Positions 25,945-42,302 of a stretch of 64,000 bases of DNA are shown in pieces. The notes beneath the pieces were generated by a model. It made no database searches, was not told the DNA's origin, and saw only the letters and a program-made list of their open reading frames with translations. Numbering within the stretch: position 1 is the first letter of the stretch; each line of letters starts with the position of its first letter. A program made the translations under genes and the position numbers. Source of the DNA: Tubulanus polymorphus (Eukaryota; Animalia; Nemertea); the NCBI RefSeq assembly GCF_964204645.1, contig NC_134025.1:27818299-27882298 (forward strand), written 5' to 3'.

Positions 25945-27186
25945 CGATTATTTCTTCCTTCAAAAAATGATTTTACCTTTATTTACATTGCCATATGATG
26001 AATAATTTATGTTTGTAACTGTCAAAGATATATTCAATCTTTCTTTTCCAAAGTTCCTTTTCGAATTTATGATAATTTTCATGATGAGAGTTTGGATGTG
26101 AATGTGAGAGATTATACAATACATTGAAAAATAAAAAAGTAATCATGGATATATTTTGTATCATGTTTTATTTCTCAAGGAATTTCATAGAAAGAATTTA
26201 TATACATACTTCATGTATATTATTATAAACATACTTTTGAAGCTTTTGTCATAAAGATGATGAAACGCGATCGTCTGTAATCCATTTCTGCTGTACCTAT
26301 AAGTATAAGCTTAGTATCGACGTATAAACTAGTAAACTCTATTTTTTACGTCCATGATATCAAAATATGTGGCCTGTGGAACCCATACCGTTGGACGACG
26401 AGATCCACGACATAGTGATGTCTCGCGGAAAGAAAAACATTGGAAAACGTATATCACGTAACAATCGCTGATAGTATATTTATACGTATTTACGAAGTGA
26501 AAATAAAACTGTTATTAGAATTTATAGATCTCATTAATTTCCAATCAATTTTGAGCGGAAGAAAATACACCCGCAAATAACAAAGATACATAGTAGATAG
26601 AGCATTACAATCGAGAAAGGATGGCATGATTTGGCATCATGAGGATACTCGATCGTTTACAATTTACTACAGCTTCTGCATTCTTCTTATCAATGAATGG
26701 CGATCCGTATGGGAATGTTCCCGAAGATTATTGAATCGGAATCTGTCCCTTCAAATACAGATGGCAGCTGTAAAACTGCCTTTATCAGGTCAATAAATAA
26801 TCTTATAAGATACCAACGATCAACCATTATTAACGAACCAGCAACGTCTTTCTTCGTTTTCTTCACAGCGTGAGTTCTCCGCCTGAGAGTTTGATAGCAC
26901 AATTCGCAGAGCTTTCACAAAATATCTCCCCAACAAATATATACAAATTTATCATGGTTATTTAGATTTTGTCAATATGCCTGAACTTTTAACCAAGCAT
27001 CCGCCCATAAGCTTGCCATGAACATATCAATCGATCAAACAATACTTACCCTACTAACCGTGCTTAGATTTTCGCTGAATTGCGATAAATCTAAGTGATT
27101 ATAATCGCATTTGAACTTTTTATCATAATGAACTATTTCAATGTCAGTCTTTTGAGTCGAAATCAGTCATTCATCGACGCTTTCAG

Positions 27187-28604
27187 ATGAAGGGTGAACT
27201 GATTTGTATCGTTGGAAGGTAAGTCTCGGAGGAATTTCCTTTTTCAGTCAAGGGATCAAAAATTTGTTTCGTTATGAATTGCTTTGTTTTAGTGGGTTGG
27301 TTGGTCGGAGTTGGGCAATGATATTTGCCTCTGCAGATTATGATGTTGTTTTGTACGACATCTCAGAGTCACAGACAACTAGTGCTATTGAAGATATTAA
27401 GCAACAGTTACAAAACCTTGAAAAGATAGGTTATTTGAAAGGGAAAAGCAATGCTGATCATCAATTTAGTTTGATTTCAACTTCAACTGATCTAGCGGCT
27501 GCTCTTAAAGGTGCAAAATATTGTCAGGTGAGACATAGCCTGGCATCTGTTTATCCATGTATGAAAGGAAAAAATTCGCATATTGACATGTAGGCCTGCC
27601 GGTTTAAAACTGAAATCCTATATCTTATTTCAGGAGTGTGTACCAGACGATGTAGAATTAAAGAAAAAGGTTCATTCACAAATCGATGAGCTAGCTGATG
27701 ACACAACTATTGTAGGCAGTTCTTCTAGTTACCACTCGTGCTCTTCGATATCTGAACATTTAAAGCATAGAAATCGAGTAACAGTAGCTCATCCAGTAAG
27801 TCAAATCTTTAAGCGCCGCCTTAAATAGACGAATAAAGCCAGTTATTCGAGCTTCTCTTCATATTTCTTCAGATAAACCCTCCTTACTATGTGCCGCTAG
27901 TCGAGCTATCTCCAGCTCCATGGACGGACAAAAGTGTTGTGGAAAAAGCACGAGAAATAATGACTGAAATTGGACAAGCTCCAGTCGTCCTCGAAAAGGA
28001 AATGATTAGCTATGCGGCCAACAGGTTGCAAGTTACACTACTGAATGAGTGTTTTCGACTTGTTGTTGTGAGTAGTCTTTTTAATCTATGAATTATATGA
28101 AGACATTTCAAATATCAAGCACTTTAAATATAATAACAAGCACTTTAAATATTCTAGGATGGTGTAATGAATGTAGCCGATGTCGATACGTTAATGCATT
28201 GCGGGTTAGGACCAAGATACGCATTTTTAGGGCCCCTGGGCGTGGCTCATCTTAATGCTGATGGTAAGGGTTTGTAAACAATGGAACACAACCCAGATGA
28301 ATCAATGCTAAGGCAACCCATTTAACCCAATTGCTACATATATATTTCATGATGTCTGTAATATATATATCTTATAGGAATGAAATCTTGTTTTGAGAGG
28401 TATGGTCCCGGTATAACAAGGACAACTAATTCATTTGGACCAAACCCGTGGTCTTTGGAGAGTCCTGGTGCTACAAAGATGATTAAAGAATTAGATGAAA
28501 TGTTTCCACTTGATCAATTACAAGAACACCGTATGTGGAGAGATAGTAGACTGGCTGCTTTAGCTAAATTAAAATCTGATATGAAAGAATTAGACGAGGA
28601 ATGA
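27187..28604 (+). CDS. CRYL1: Lambda-crystallin homolog, copy 2
   Basis: MKGELICIVGS/GLVGRSWAMIF; same 6-exon structure; one-codon deletion (PNPWS vs PNPVWS); frame intact. Confidence 0.9.
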
Positions 28605-29139
28605 TATTGTTCTAATCTGATGTTCAAATAAACTTGAGTTCACACTCAATTTGTTTGAACTACTTTTTATCAATCGTTTTACCTGTTTAAATTGTTTGTT
28701 TTATTCCTCGCTCAAAGATATTCCTACTGATGAATCCACTCTTTTGGGGTAAAGTAAGTAATAAAAACTCGGATGACAAAAATATACATGCTGAATACTG
28801 TGTAGGACTACCATTGATAATCTCAGAATCAATTCGAACGATGATAACGCATTTTTATTGCAAGAATTAAGAATTCATGAACAACAGAAATCTCATGATC
28901 CTTAAATGAGGGCAACTATTCCAAAACAATACATTCATGCACAAGGTTGATACACATACATATGAATACGTAACAGGTTGTATGTATTTAGATACCATAC
29001 GTTTTCTCATGTTTTGGCGCGTGGAATGTAGCATACCACTATACAGAGGTAGAAGATACGAGTTTTCTTGTACGCACACACAGAACTAAAAGGTATATCC
29101 GTTTAGTAATTCGAAGATGAAAATAAGCTTGATTCAGCT

Positions 29140-30526
29140 ATGAAGGGCGAAAAGATTTGCATCGTTGGGAGGTAAATTGTTGCTTATATTTTAGATTGCA
29201 TTTTAGCTGCATTTGATTTTCAATCTCATAACCTTTTGAATACTTTTTTTTAGTGGATTGATCGGTCGGAGTTGGGCAATGATATTTGCCTCTGCGGATT
29301 ATAATGTTGTTTTGTATGACATCTCAGAGTCACAGACAAAAAGTGCTTTAGAAGATATAGGGAAACAGCTACACAATCTGGAAAAGAGAGGTTATTTAAA
29401 GGGGAAAACCAGTGCTGATCATCAATTTAGTTTAATTGCAACTTCTGCTGATCTCGCATCTGCTCTCAAAGGAGCAAAATATTGTCAGGTGAGACATAGC
29501 CTGGCATCTGTTTAATCCAAAGGCGTAGGAAAAGCATTTATTAACATTAACTGTTTGGAACTGGATTTTTTTTTCAGGAGTGTGTACCAGAAGATTTAGA
29601 ATTAAAGAAGAAAGTTCATTCACAAATCGATGAACTAGCTGATGAGACAACGATTGTAGGCAGTTCTTCGAGTTTTCTAGCGTGTTCGTTGATATCTGAA
29701 CATTTAAAGCATAGAAATCGCGTCACAATAGCTCATCCAGTAAGTCAAATTAAAATTCATATACAACCGAAAATTTAAAGACTCTTTATGAATTTTTTAT
29801 GACTATTTTTTCGTCATATTTCTTTAGGTAAACCCTCCATACTATATACCACTAGTTGAGCTATCTCCAGCTCCATGGACTGACAGAAATGTCGTGGAGA
29901 AAGCCCGAGCAATGATGACTGAAATCGGACAAGCTCCAGTTACTCTTAACAAGGAAATGATTGGCTTTGCAGCAAATAGGATACAATCTGCACTTCAGAA
30001 TGAATGCTTTCGCCTTGTTGCTGTGAGTTTTTTAAATTGATAAATCATATCGATGAAAATCGTGCGCATCGAAATATCGTTGGCGATTTCAAAATTGTGT
30101 AACTTTCAAGGACGGTGTAATGAATGTGGCTGATGTTGACACATTAATGCACAGTGGTTTAGGACCAAGATATGCCTTTTTAGGGCCGCTGTGCGTGAGT
30201 CATCTAAATGGGGATGGTAAGTGTTTAGGAAACTGATGTATATCGATCAAATGTATTTTCATATATTTTTGGATTTGTAGAAGTCTTTTTTTCTTACAGG
30301 AATGAAATCATATATTGAGAGGTATGGTCCTGGTATAACAAGAACAACTAATTCATTTGGACCAAATCCGGTGTGGTCTTTGGAGAGTCCTGGTGCTGCA
30401 AAGATGATTAAAGAATTAGATGAAATGTTTCCACTTCGTCAGTTACAAGATCATCGTATGTGGAGAGATAGTAGACTGGCTGCTTTAGCTAAATTAAAAT
30501 CCGATATGAAAGAATTAGACGAATGA
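29140..30526 (+). CDS. CRYL1: Lambda-crystallin homolog, copy 3
   Basis: MKGEKICIVGS/GLIGRSWAMIF, ECVPEDLELKKK, AHP/VNPPYYIPLVE; same exon structure. Confidence 0.92.
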
Positions 30527-32432
30527 TAATTATATTTTTCACATACATCGCAGTCCCGTTAGCCGATGACATAATTACATTGCTTCAATCTTCAGTCACT
30601 GATACGACGAATACCCGAAAAATGCAAAAATAACAAATCATACATCAAAGAATAGACATTTTATTGCTAAAATTTAGATATCAAACAAGTACCATAGGAG
30701 AACAACATTAAATAGAGGAATGTCCCAAAACTTGTTATGGGGACTAATCCAAAACAATTTATACAACTATTGCTATTGAGAATTCAATACGTCCTAAACC
30801 TATTCCACAGATGTTATAGTTTCATTCATTTACAATCTTCATTGCAAATCGATGTGGTATGTAAAATAAATATTCTTGAGCAAAAGGCTGGCTATACTAT
30901 GTTTACTACACACATGATTTACTAATCTTTTTTCTTATTTCAATACCTAATATAATTTTCAATGGATATGAAATGCTATTAAAAACATACTAGATGAGGT
31001 TTTAACCGATGATTCAAATGAGTATTGTATTTGATTTGAGCTTCATTATTTTCGAGCCTGCTTTTGTCATTAAACGTTAAAACAAAACTGTACAATCTAA
31101 GCATCCGCTGCTAATACAGGTCAATAATCAAAAAGAGGTATAATCTTCATTAAAACATATACAATACTTCAGGTTATCAGTTCTAGAATCCATGAGAAAG
31201 ATGCTATCAACTATTAGTCATGTAGATATAAAATATTTACCGTATAAATGTCATAGTATCTAATATGAGTATGACACATCGCTTTTTCAACACCTAAGTT
31301 CGTGAATGAAGCATGCTAGATACAGTACATAGTAAACAATTAGAAATTCAATATAAAACATTATGAGAACAGATGCTGTCTGATAGACTATCAATAAGAT
31401 ACAGAACTATACTATTTGAAAAAGACATCAATAAAGTTTGAATAAAACTTTTCACCATCACATAATTAAGATATTTACCGCTCCATCGATTCTACAGCAG
31501 ATGTACATAGAACTATGATGGAATAGTTCTATGGTAAAATCCAGATGCTGTATTTGAAAAACGGTTTATGAAGCGTAAAGGAACATATTTACGAGTACAT
31601 AACGTATTTCCTGTTACCAACACAACAAACATCAATCAAATAAATACCTTCTTTACGTTGTATTCATTAATATATATATCCCTTCAACTTTGATTAGAAA
31701 ATGTATTAAATTGTCAAATCGCACATTGCATATTCGATGTTGGTCTATACTAACCAGTACATTATCGTGATGAATAAAACTGGTATGAAAATCGCTATCA
31801 GTTTATAAAACTGGAGAAGAATTAATGAAGTAACATTCAAAAGTTTATTACTGCTACCCTTTAGGGATGATTGTATGATAAAAATCTATCTATGGATAGT
31901 TGTGACTGTTGTCCCGTAATCATGTGAACAGATGTTGGTATTTTAAAACCGTTAAAATTTCTTTACTCGAAGAAATCAGAAAACTCATCATTTAACCTTT
32001 CATTCGGTGACTATTCCCAGAAAGCGAGTAGGTGGTGGATACATACATATAAACAGCTACATTTGAACATGTATTGTACACCGAACAACTGATGTATCTA
32101 GAGACAATATTCTTGAAGGTGGAACATTACGAAAAGATGGGTCGCGGTAATTTTCAGCCATTTTTAAGCAATAAACCATCAAAAATACTTTTCTTTATGT
32201 CATTTTGATCAAACGCAGTACAGTTTCTTTATCTTTGTCACACTTTCATTTGATACATAATCCATTAATACAGCATCGTGAATGTGAAATATGGTACATG
32301 TATATTTGAAATGATATATGATCGCAATATAAGCCATTCTTCATTCGGAATCTCGAGCTATTTGAAGCCGTTGTCATCTTTCAGTGCGGTACTCATCATA
32401 TCACAGGATACCATCATCTAAAATTCATCGTT

Positions 32433-35400
32433 CTAATTCAACATTGGATACTGAAACATAAAACGAAGACTGAAAATATCACGATTCTCGATGTTTATTT
32501 CAACATCTATAGTTTCAATTCAAACTAACCTCAGACATGGTTTCGTGGTCGTAGTGCATATACATCAAATGTGTTGGATGTAAGAGCTTTTTATGCTTTC
32601 CTAATTCAAAGATTTCATACGCCCGACGCATCTATATAAATAGAATGATACAATATATCTATCATTTGTAGAACCCTGAAGAAATATAAGGTTTTATATC
32701 ATGTATGCAATCTATTGAAGCTACTTTTAAATTATATATCAAAAACAAACCTGGTAAGCGCATCGTTTCGCTGGCATACGTCCTACAGCTGTACCAAGCC
32801 CAGGACATAAAACAGTTCGAATTGGATCTTCTGGATGGGTTTTATTATGTTTTTGTACTGAAATGAAAAAGTTTATTCGATTGAAGAGTTTATAAATATC
32901 TAGATGAACGGTAATTTCCTCTGCTTCCAGATGTGTTATGAAAATAAAATAGAGGATCTGATCTTATCTCTTATTGGAAATTGATTCAATGTTTTGTATT
33001 TATGGAAATCATATTCTTCAACCTTTGATTTATCAAACTGTCAGGTATTCTGTCATAGAATAATTCACGTTCTGTTCATTATGATCGATTAGTGAATTAA
33101 TGTGAATACCGGTACATCATCCATCAGTCTCCAACTACTTTCACAATTTCTACTCGATTTGAAAAAAAAATTCAATCTATTTCAACATCGCGCGATTCTA
33201 TCAGTTTAACTGCGTGACATGTCGCTGCCAAGTCTTGAAGAGTTACTGATGTAGGAAAGATTTGTATTTGGAGATCATCGCAGAGCTAACTGAAGTCCTG
33301 CGCAAACATATATTCATCGTGATAACAAGAATCGGTAGTGTAAGAGAAGTGTACTTCAGGTATAGCTCAATCAACAATACATTGATTGACCATGTATTGA
33401 TTGTGCAGGGGTGAAAATGGCAGAATGTTCGATAGCTAATCATCGCAGATTCTACTTTCACATCACATACCGGTCGGTACTCCTTTGAGATTCATCAGTT
33501 AAGCTTAAAAATTTCTTTGACGACATTACACGCTATGAAATTATTTGTCATGGATTGTTCTGCAGTTTTGCGCAGCGCTTTAACTTTCAAATCACTTAGC
33601 TATTCATTCAACTACACTCTGTATCAAATCAATCGCCTTACTAACGCGAAACCACAATAAATCTATATAAGATTTCCAATATTAGATTGAAATATGAGAT
33701 TTGATTCAATGACTATTCGCGTGTACACAACCGATGTTCTCCTATAGTGAGTTACCTGATAAAATCACAGCTCTGAACGCAAGATACGAATTCACAGTTT
33801 CCTGGACATCCAGAGGAACGCGCATTGTTGGAGCGGAAATTAGATATCTAATAGGCTGTCCATCATTACAACTTCTCCATTCAGCTGTCAAATCTGATGG
33901 TACCACGTGATTCTCAAATATTGGCAATACGATTGCTTGGCCCTAAAATAAAAAGAGTTAAGAGACTTTAACCCCTAGATCGATCGGATGATTTTGTCCT
34001 TGAAAGTGACGCAAGATGTCTTCAATACTGAGACAGAATACAAGCTTAATGAACACTTGATTAAAGGGGAAGTAATGGCCTGACAAATAATGTCTATTCA
34101 GATTCTGAAGCTTCCTGGTCGGTTGAGGAGGATGTGGACCTCGAAACTAAAAGAACATGTTAATGCATCAGTCCGGATGATTGCCATTAATCTTCGTTTG
34201 CGTTTTGTTCAGAATCGACCGACCGACGTAGCTAACATTCAACACGTTTCATTTAGATTATATTATCGACATCACTATTTTTCAGCGGAGAATAGTATTT
34301 CGGATGAAAATGACCTGGAATTCATCAACGGCACTGAAATATTTACCACTAATAATTCACCGTCATATTCATCTTGTATAATGTGCTGTAGTCGTTCAGA
34401 CCTGCAAGATACAAGTGACCATCATCAACTGATAATTCCGCATCAACACATTCAACATCAGACAGCACTCAGAGATCAAGGGAATATTACTCGATCAACA
34501 CTCGGCGATGCCACGAAGCTTGTTCAGCCCTCTTTTTTTAATGTTCTGGAATCATAGATCCAGCAGAACCTACAGGAAGGAAGGAGTCAATACTCAACTT
34601 TCTCAGGCTAGGGTATATAATACAGTGTAATAAAGAAAAAACCCAGTTTTTATTGCAAGTACCCTGGAGGAACAAAGTCTCTTAGGGTACCATCGAAAAT
34701 GTTGAAGGATGATAAGGGAAATTAACAGTTCTTTTTTTATTTCATGAATGCAGATTATTGATATTCAATCACCAGAACCTAGTCAGCTTTAGCTTTGTTT
34801 GGATTAGATTATTTACCTGACGAAAATCAACACAAAGCGTGACGGACATATCAATCATAGCGGTATCGATCTACGCAAAAAACAGTTCAATTATGTAGAT
34901 CGCAGTCAATACAGGAGAGTTCTCGCCAATTTCTGCTGAAACCACCTGATCTCCAGTAAAGCCTTTCACGTCAGAATGACGCTAATTTTGAAAAGGCAAG
35001 GTTCAACATACGGGTAGGAACCAGAGGCACTTCGACATAAACCTGCCCAAAATCACACCGAGACCCTCCAAGCTAAGTAAACGCTCTAAGATCGTTTGAT
35101 CTATAATCTTTTTCATAATATTTCATCACTGGTACTGTATGTTTTTATACATTATTGAAGACTAGCTATTGTCTAATGATGAGAATACACTGTTACGAGG
35201 TTACAGTAAGCTGATTACGCTAATGTACCAGAATATATAAAACTGGTTGCGTCTTGTGAAACTGAATTACTGAATCTGTTCCCTCTGGGACCGCATTACT
35301 GATCTTGTTTTCGTACGAATTCGACAGAATCAACAGAGCAAGAAACATTAGTTTCCAGTTGTGAATAACAAGAAAATGACATCGATGCGAGGTATATAAC

Positions 35401-37196
35401 GCAGGTTTTAACTGGCCAGGAGCAGTTGTTCTCTCGCTGTGAGAGGTGATAAATCTAGCGACGAAACAGCTGTGAGAATCAGTCCTTGGTAATATAACAA
35501 ATTGATTATTACCAGGCTATGATGACTCGTAGTTAGATAAAGCTAGCCAACTCCGCAGAGTAAACTTACAATTGTTTTCCGAAGTGTTTGGTATATACGG
35601 CATCTATCCCTCCATCCATAAATCCGAATGAATTAGCAGGGGAAACCTGAAATTTTTTAATTGTTAGATTGATTAGGGACTACGACGAAAGATGCATCTA
35701 GCCACTTTAAATACATCAATCATTATTTTTCCTACGATGATTTTTACTCTTTTTCGCTTTTTCAATCATCTCGAATTTACTGCTCGAAATCCACCGATGA
35801 TTTTACGCTGGAAAGATTCCAATTCAACATTGAACAGTTTAAAGGTGAATACAGTGCACCAGTATCCGGTATTTAAAGCGGTCTAGACATGAACAAACTG
35901 GTGATGATTAGAAGATAGCTGTAATAATTATAGCCACCGTAATGAGTAAATGTCCAGTAATTTTCATCGCCACAAGGCAAATGGAAAATCAATGCTTTCA
36001 GGTAATCAAATCAAGCCCAGACATTCACTACTGTTAATTGAAGTATGATAGTATCCTGTTATAAACATTCGATATTTGGTCGGTTGATTGCATAGAAATC
36101 TAATAGATTATATCAACATTCGACATCAATTTATCTGATGCAAGATTTTGCAGCTGCTCCACATCGAGCAACTGATGTATAACTGAATGAATGGCAGGAT
36201 CGTGAATCAGTACATAAATGCAACACATTGAAGTTTTCATACTGAAAATCTTCATATCAATAATTATCATCTTAAAGAAATGTTTCTGGTCTTTCTCATA
36301 AATTTCGCTGTATCGAGCATCCGTACCCAATCTGTCCAGTTGTTGCTATGGAAACACAACACACACTTCCGATTTAAAGGTAAGATGAAAGGATGAGTTA
36401 ATTCATGGTGGAACCTTGTTTGTTCCTCAGTGATGAGGCATTGATTTAACCTTTTATTTTAGGAACCAAACGTTGAGTGTATCGCACAGTTACAACTCAG
36501 AACACTGCATCGCTCAGTAAGTAACCGGACTGTTGTTCAGTTTCACTGTCACTATCAGATATTTCACAGACCACAGGCGAGGTGGATCCACCCTCCCAAG
36601 CACTGCTCAACGCAATATCACAGCATCACAGAGGTGTGCGGGCCATCCCCTAGGAAATTTTGAAATTCTATCACATCTGATGCAACGCGAGCATCTCTGG
36701 GAACATCAAATTAAATCTTCATCACATTCGAAATAATAAAGCAAAGCGGATCATATTTCTATCCACGCGAGTTTAGCTGACACGGTAATGGCAGTAGGCT
36801 GGATCTACTGTGGTACCATAAATGGTCAAAGCCCAGCCTCGATAATACATGCTAAAGCTACACTTAGACGGGTGTCTTGAGTAGTCCTAGCCCTACCCCT
36901 TCACTAAATTCAATATAAACAAGATACTTACAATGGCATCAGCAGCTGGACCATCCTGGAATATATCCCCTTTATGAACCTGTAAATAAAATGAATGGTC
37001 ATCTTAATATAGCTTATATAACTGCAAAAGATAATATTCCATAGAGCCTACATTAGAAATATCACATTTGATTACTAGGTTTAGCAACTTAAAGTCCTAC
37101 CTGTACTTGGTCGTAATAGTTGACAAACTGCTCATTCCAAGCATCAATTAATTCTGGTTTAACATCACACAATTTGTACACTACAGTCCCATCCAT
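32433..37196 (-). CDS. Stand-alone macro-domain (Appr-1-p processing-type) protein, about 229 aa, 8 exons
   Basis: Exons 37196-37101, 36979-36932, 35646-35570, 34401-34347, 33942-33756, 32857-32751, 32631-32530, 32450-32433, all in phase. Motifs GDIF, ADAIVSPANSFGFMDGGID, GELLVGQA, YLISAPTMRVP, CPGLGTAVGRMP, CAYQM. Confidence 0.88.
36342..36355. promoter_or_regulatory. RFX X-box
   Basis: GTTGCTATGGAAAC, full consensus match, in macro-domain gene intron 2. Confidence 0.45.
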
Positions 37197-38172
37197 TGCG
37201 TCAATTCATTCAGTTTATTTTCCAAGGGTGATTTCTCCTAGTTTTTCAATCAACAATGAACCACTGAAATATAGGAAAACGTATTGGCCTAGTCACTATT
37301 TTCAGCATATGTCATTTTAATCAAAGAAATAATTTCCGATTAGAAATTTAAACTGTTGTCACCAATGATCTCTACTACAAAAGGGAATCAGACAATTGAG
37401 CAATTCAAGATAAAGGGTGCAAATAGCAATAGGCTAAAAAGATACCTTCTCTTGGCCGGATAACTTAATTGTATCTAACTGCAATAAAAATGTTTCATTT
37501 CTATAGCCTAACTACCGGTTATTGTTCAGCTTGATCATGATTTAAAAAAAAAAAACTTATGTACAGGTAGATAGCAGCAGGCTGGGTCAACTTTTATGCA
37601 CAGAAGAAATGAAACAAGGTATATCCTTTTAAAGCAAGTATCATAAAACTACTAAACCAAAAATATGCAGGTTTAAAAATAGCAAGCGTGCACTGCACAT
37701 CGAGTGCACATCACAGAGCTGACCAGAGTTGGTCAACAACTAACGAACGATCACATTAACTGAACAAACGCTAGAAACAGTGTCAAGTTTTTTTCTGTCC
37801 AACTATATTATATAAGAATAACAAAAAAAACAAACGTTTTCATAAGCTGATGATAATGTAACTACCGTACCATGAAGACTCGCCCTGTTAAAGCAGCTCG
37901 TTCCAGTGATAATCCAAGCCCCAGCACTAGCAGCAAGCAGTGAACTGAAGAACTGTCAAAATGACGGGCACCTGCAACTTGGGAAATCCCTTTTCATAAT
38001 CTCTAAATCATTCATAGAATTCTTTAAATTGCGATCTTATTTCAGTTCATGATGAAGTTATTATATCTGTAAACATAAGATTTTAGTATCATAGCAGATA
38101 TACAATATCTATGTTACCAGTATATTGAGTATATTGCAAAAATCAATCATTTAGGAAGAGACTAAATACAAG

Positions 38173-40975
<2,803 letters not shown>

Positions 40976-41376
40976 ATTTCTGGAATATTGAAAATAAGAT
41001 TTAAGATGTGCTATGATTTCTTCACTTTTGAGTGAATCTAGAGTCAAGATCTGAATCATTATAGTTCGAAATCCGTAATGATTTTGTGGTATTGTTTGTT
41101 GGTTGTAATAGGAAGGTGTTTGTGATATATATGCGTGTAAATAAATCATACTGATATTATCAGCAAATAAATCGCTATGAGGTTTGGATTAACTGTTTTG
41201 CCTGTCGGTTCGTGATTGGCTCCATCCAAGAAGTGCCCCCGAGAGAGAAAAGGATAGGTGATCTATTTATTTATTGCTGGAGGCGGTATATGAATCCCCT
41301 TTTGTGGCGAGATCCATAACAACACGGATGCGTCGTATGAATTGCTTTTGTGTGACGGGTGCGTCTATAAAGTACA

Positions 41377-41638
41377 TTCAAACTTTCCCGCCTTTGAGTG
41401 TCAATAGGCAGGCGGGAGCTCGTGGTAGCGCGTGCGGCAGGCGCATTGTCTACAGCCTATGGCAACTAAAGGGTGTAGATAGAAACACGTGTCGTATTGT
41501 TTACAAACAAAGGGAATCCCCAGAGCCTCGATGTGAAGCCGACACGCGCCATATTTGAGCGATGTTCATTGTTGATGGTGCAGTGTACGCAGTGAGTACA
41601 GTGTGTTGTTTAACGGACGTCGAGTGTGATTTTCGCGC
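41377..41638. promoter_or_regulatory. E2F7/8 promoter with E2F sites and a CDE/CHR-like pair
   Basis: TTCAAACTTTCCCGCC at 41377-41392 (reverse: GGCGGG-AAAG-TTTGAA), GGCGGGAG near 41411, TTTCGCGC at 41631-41638. Confidence 0.65.
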
Positions 41639-42302
41639 GATCTCACGAAATATTTAACTGATGAAGACGTACAACTACGGATCGGTAGATAAACATCGAC
41701 TTTAACCGGTAAATAAGACCCACGTTTTTTAGATTATTTTCACAGATCTTTCGATTATCGCATGCCAATCGGAGTCCAGTCGATCGATTCGATGGGGAGA
41801 GTCGACGAAAGAAGAAAAAGGGCTAATGTTATTACTACTAATTAGTACTACTTCGTCTCCGGCTTCAGGCTTGTTAAGGTTATCTAATAGGCCTATAACG
41901 TGTATCAAAGGTTCACCACACCTCATCACCTCAACAGCTCAAGTAGCCTAATAAAGCCCGGGGCCCCACACGTACCGTATGAGATAAACTCTAATCTTCT
42001 GTCTTTGACATGGCTATAGTATAGCTGTAGTACCCGTGTAGTAGTGGCATATTTTGAGTTCTATTTGGAGTGGGATATAATTGGCAAGGGGGGCTCAAAT
42101 ATGACCTTTTAAAAGCAAGGGTGCCTTTTTGTCAACTGCAAACTATTATCTAAAGTAACTATTTTAGATATTATGAGAGGGCCATGCCCTGGCGCTGCCA
42201 CCAGAGGTTGAATTTTGATCTTGTCATGACAGTGAAATTTAGTGGCTTATATGTTTATATCGATACGTTTCTCGAATTTCAGGACCTATAGAAATAGAAG
42301 AC

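Noticed and set aside
31506-31533. Mini hairpin CATAGAACTAT-N6-ATAGTTCTATG, with similar ones at about 26315-26356 and 55186-55207
   Set aside because: They may be collapsed MITE remnants, but I found no TSD and they are too short to classify.
34090-34557. 155-aa plus-strand ORF
   Set aside because: No motif; it overlaps a macro-domain exon on the opposite strand, so probably a chance ORF.
36570-36812. Degenerate hAT-like MITE (TGGATCCA...TGGATCTACTG)
   Set aside because: Ends and TSD could not be defined.
37621-37630. ATATCCTTTT resembling a U12 5' splice site (also GTATCCTTTT near 46260)
   Set aside because: Not at any exon boundary I could model.
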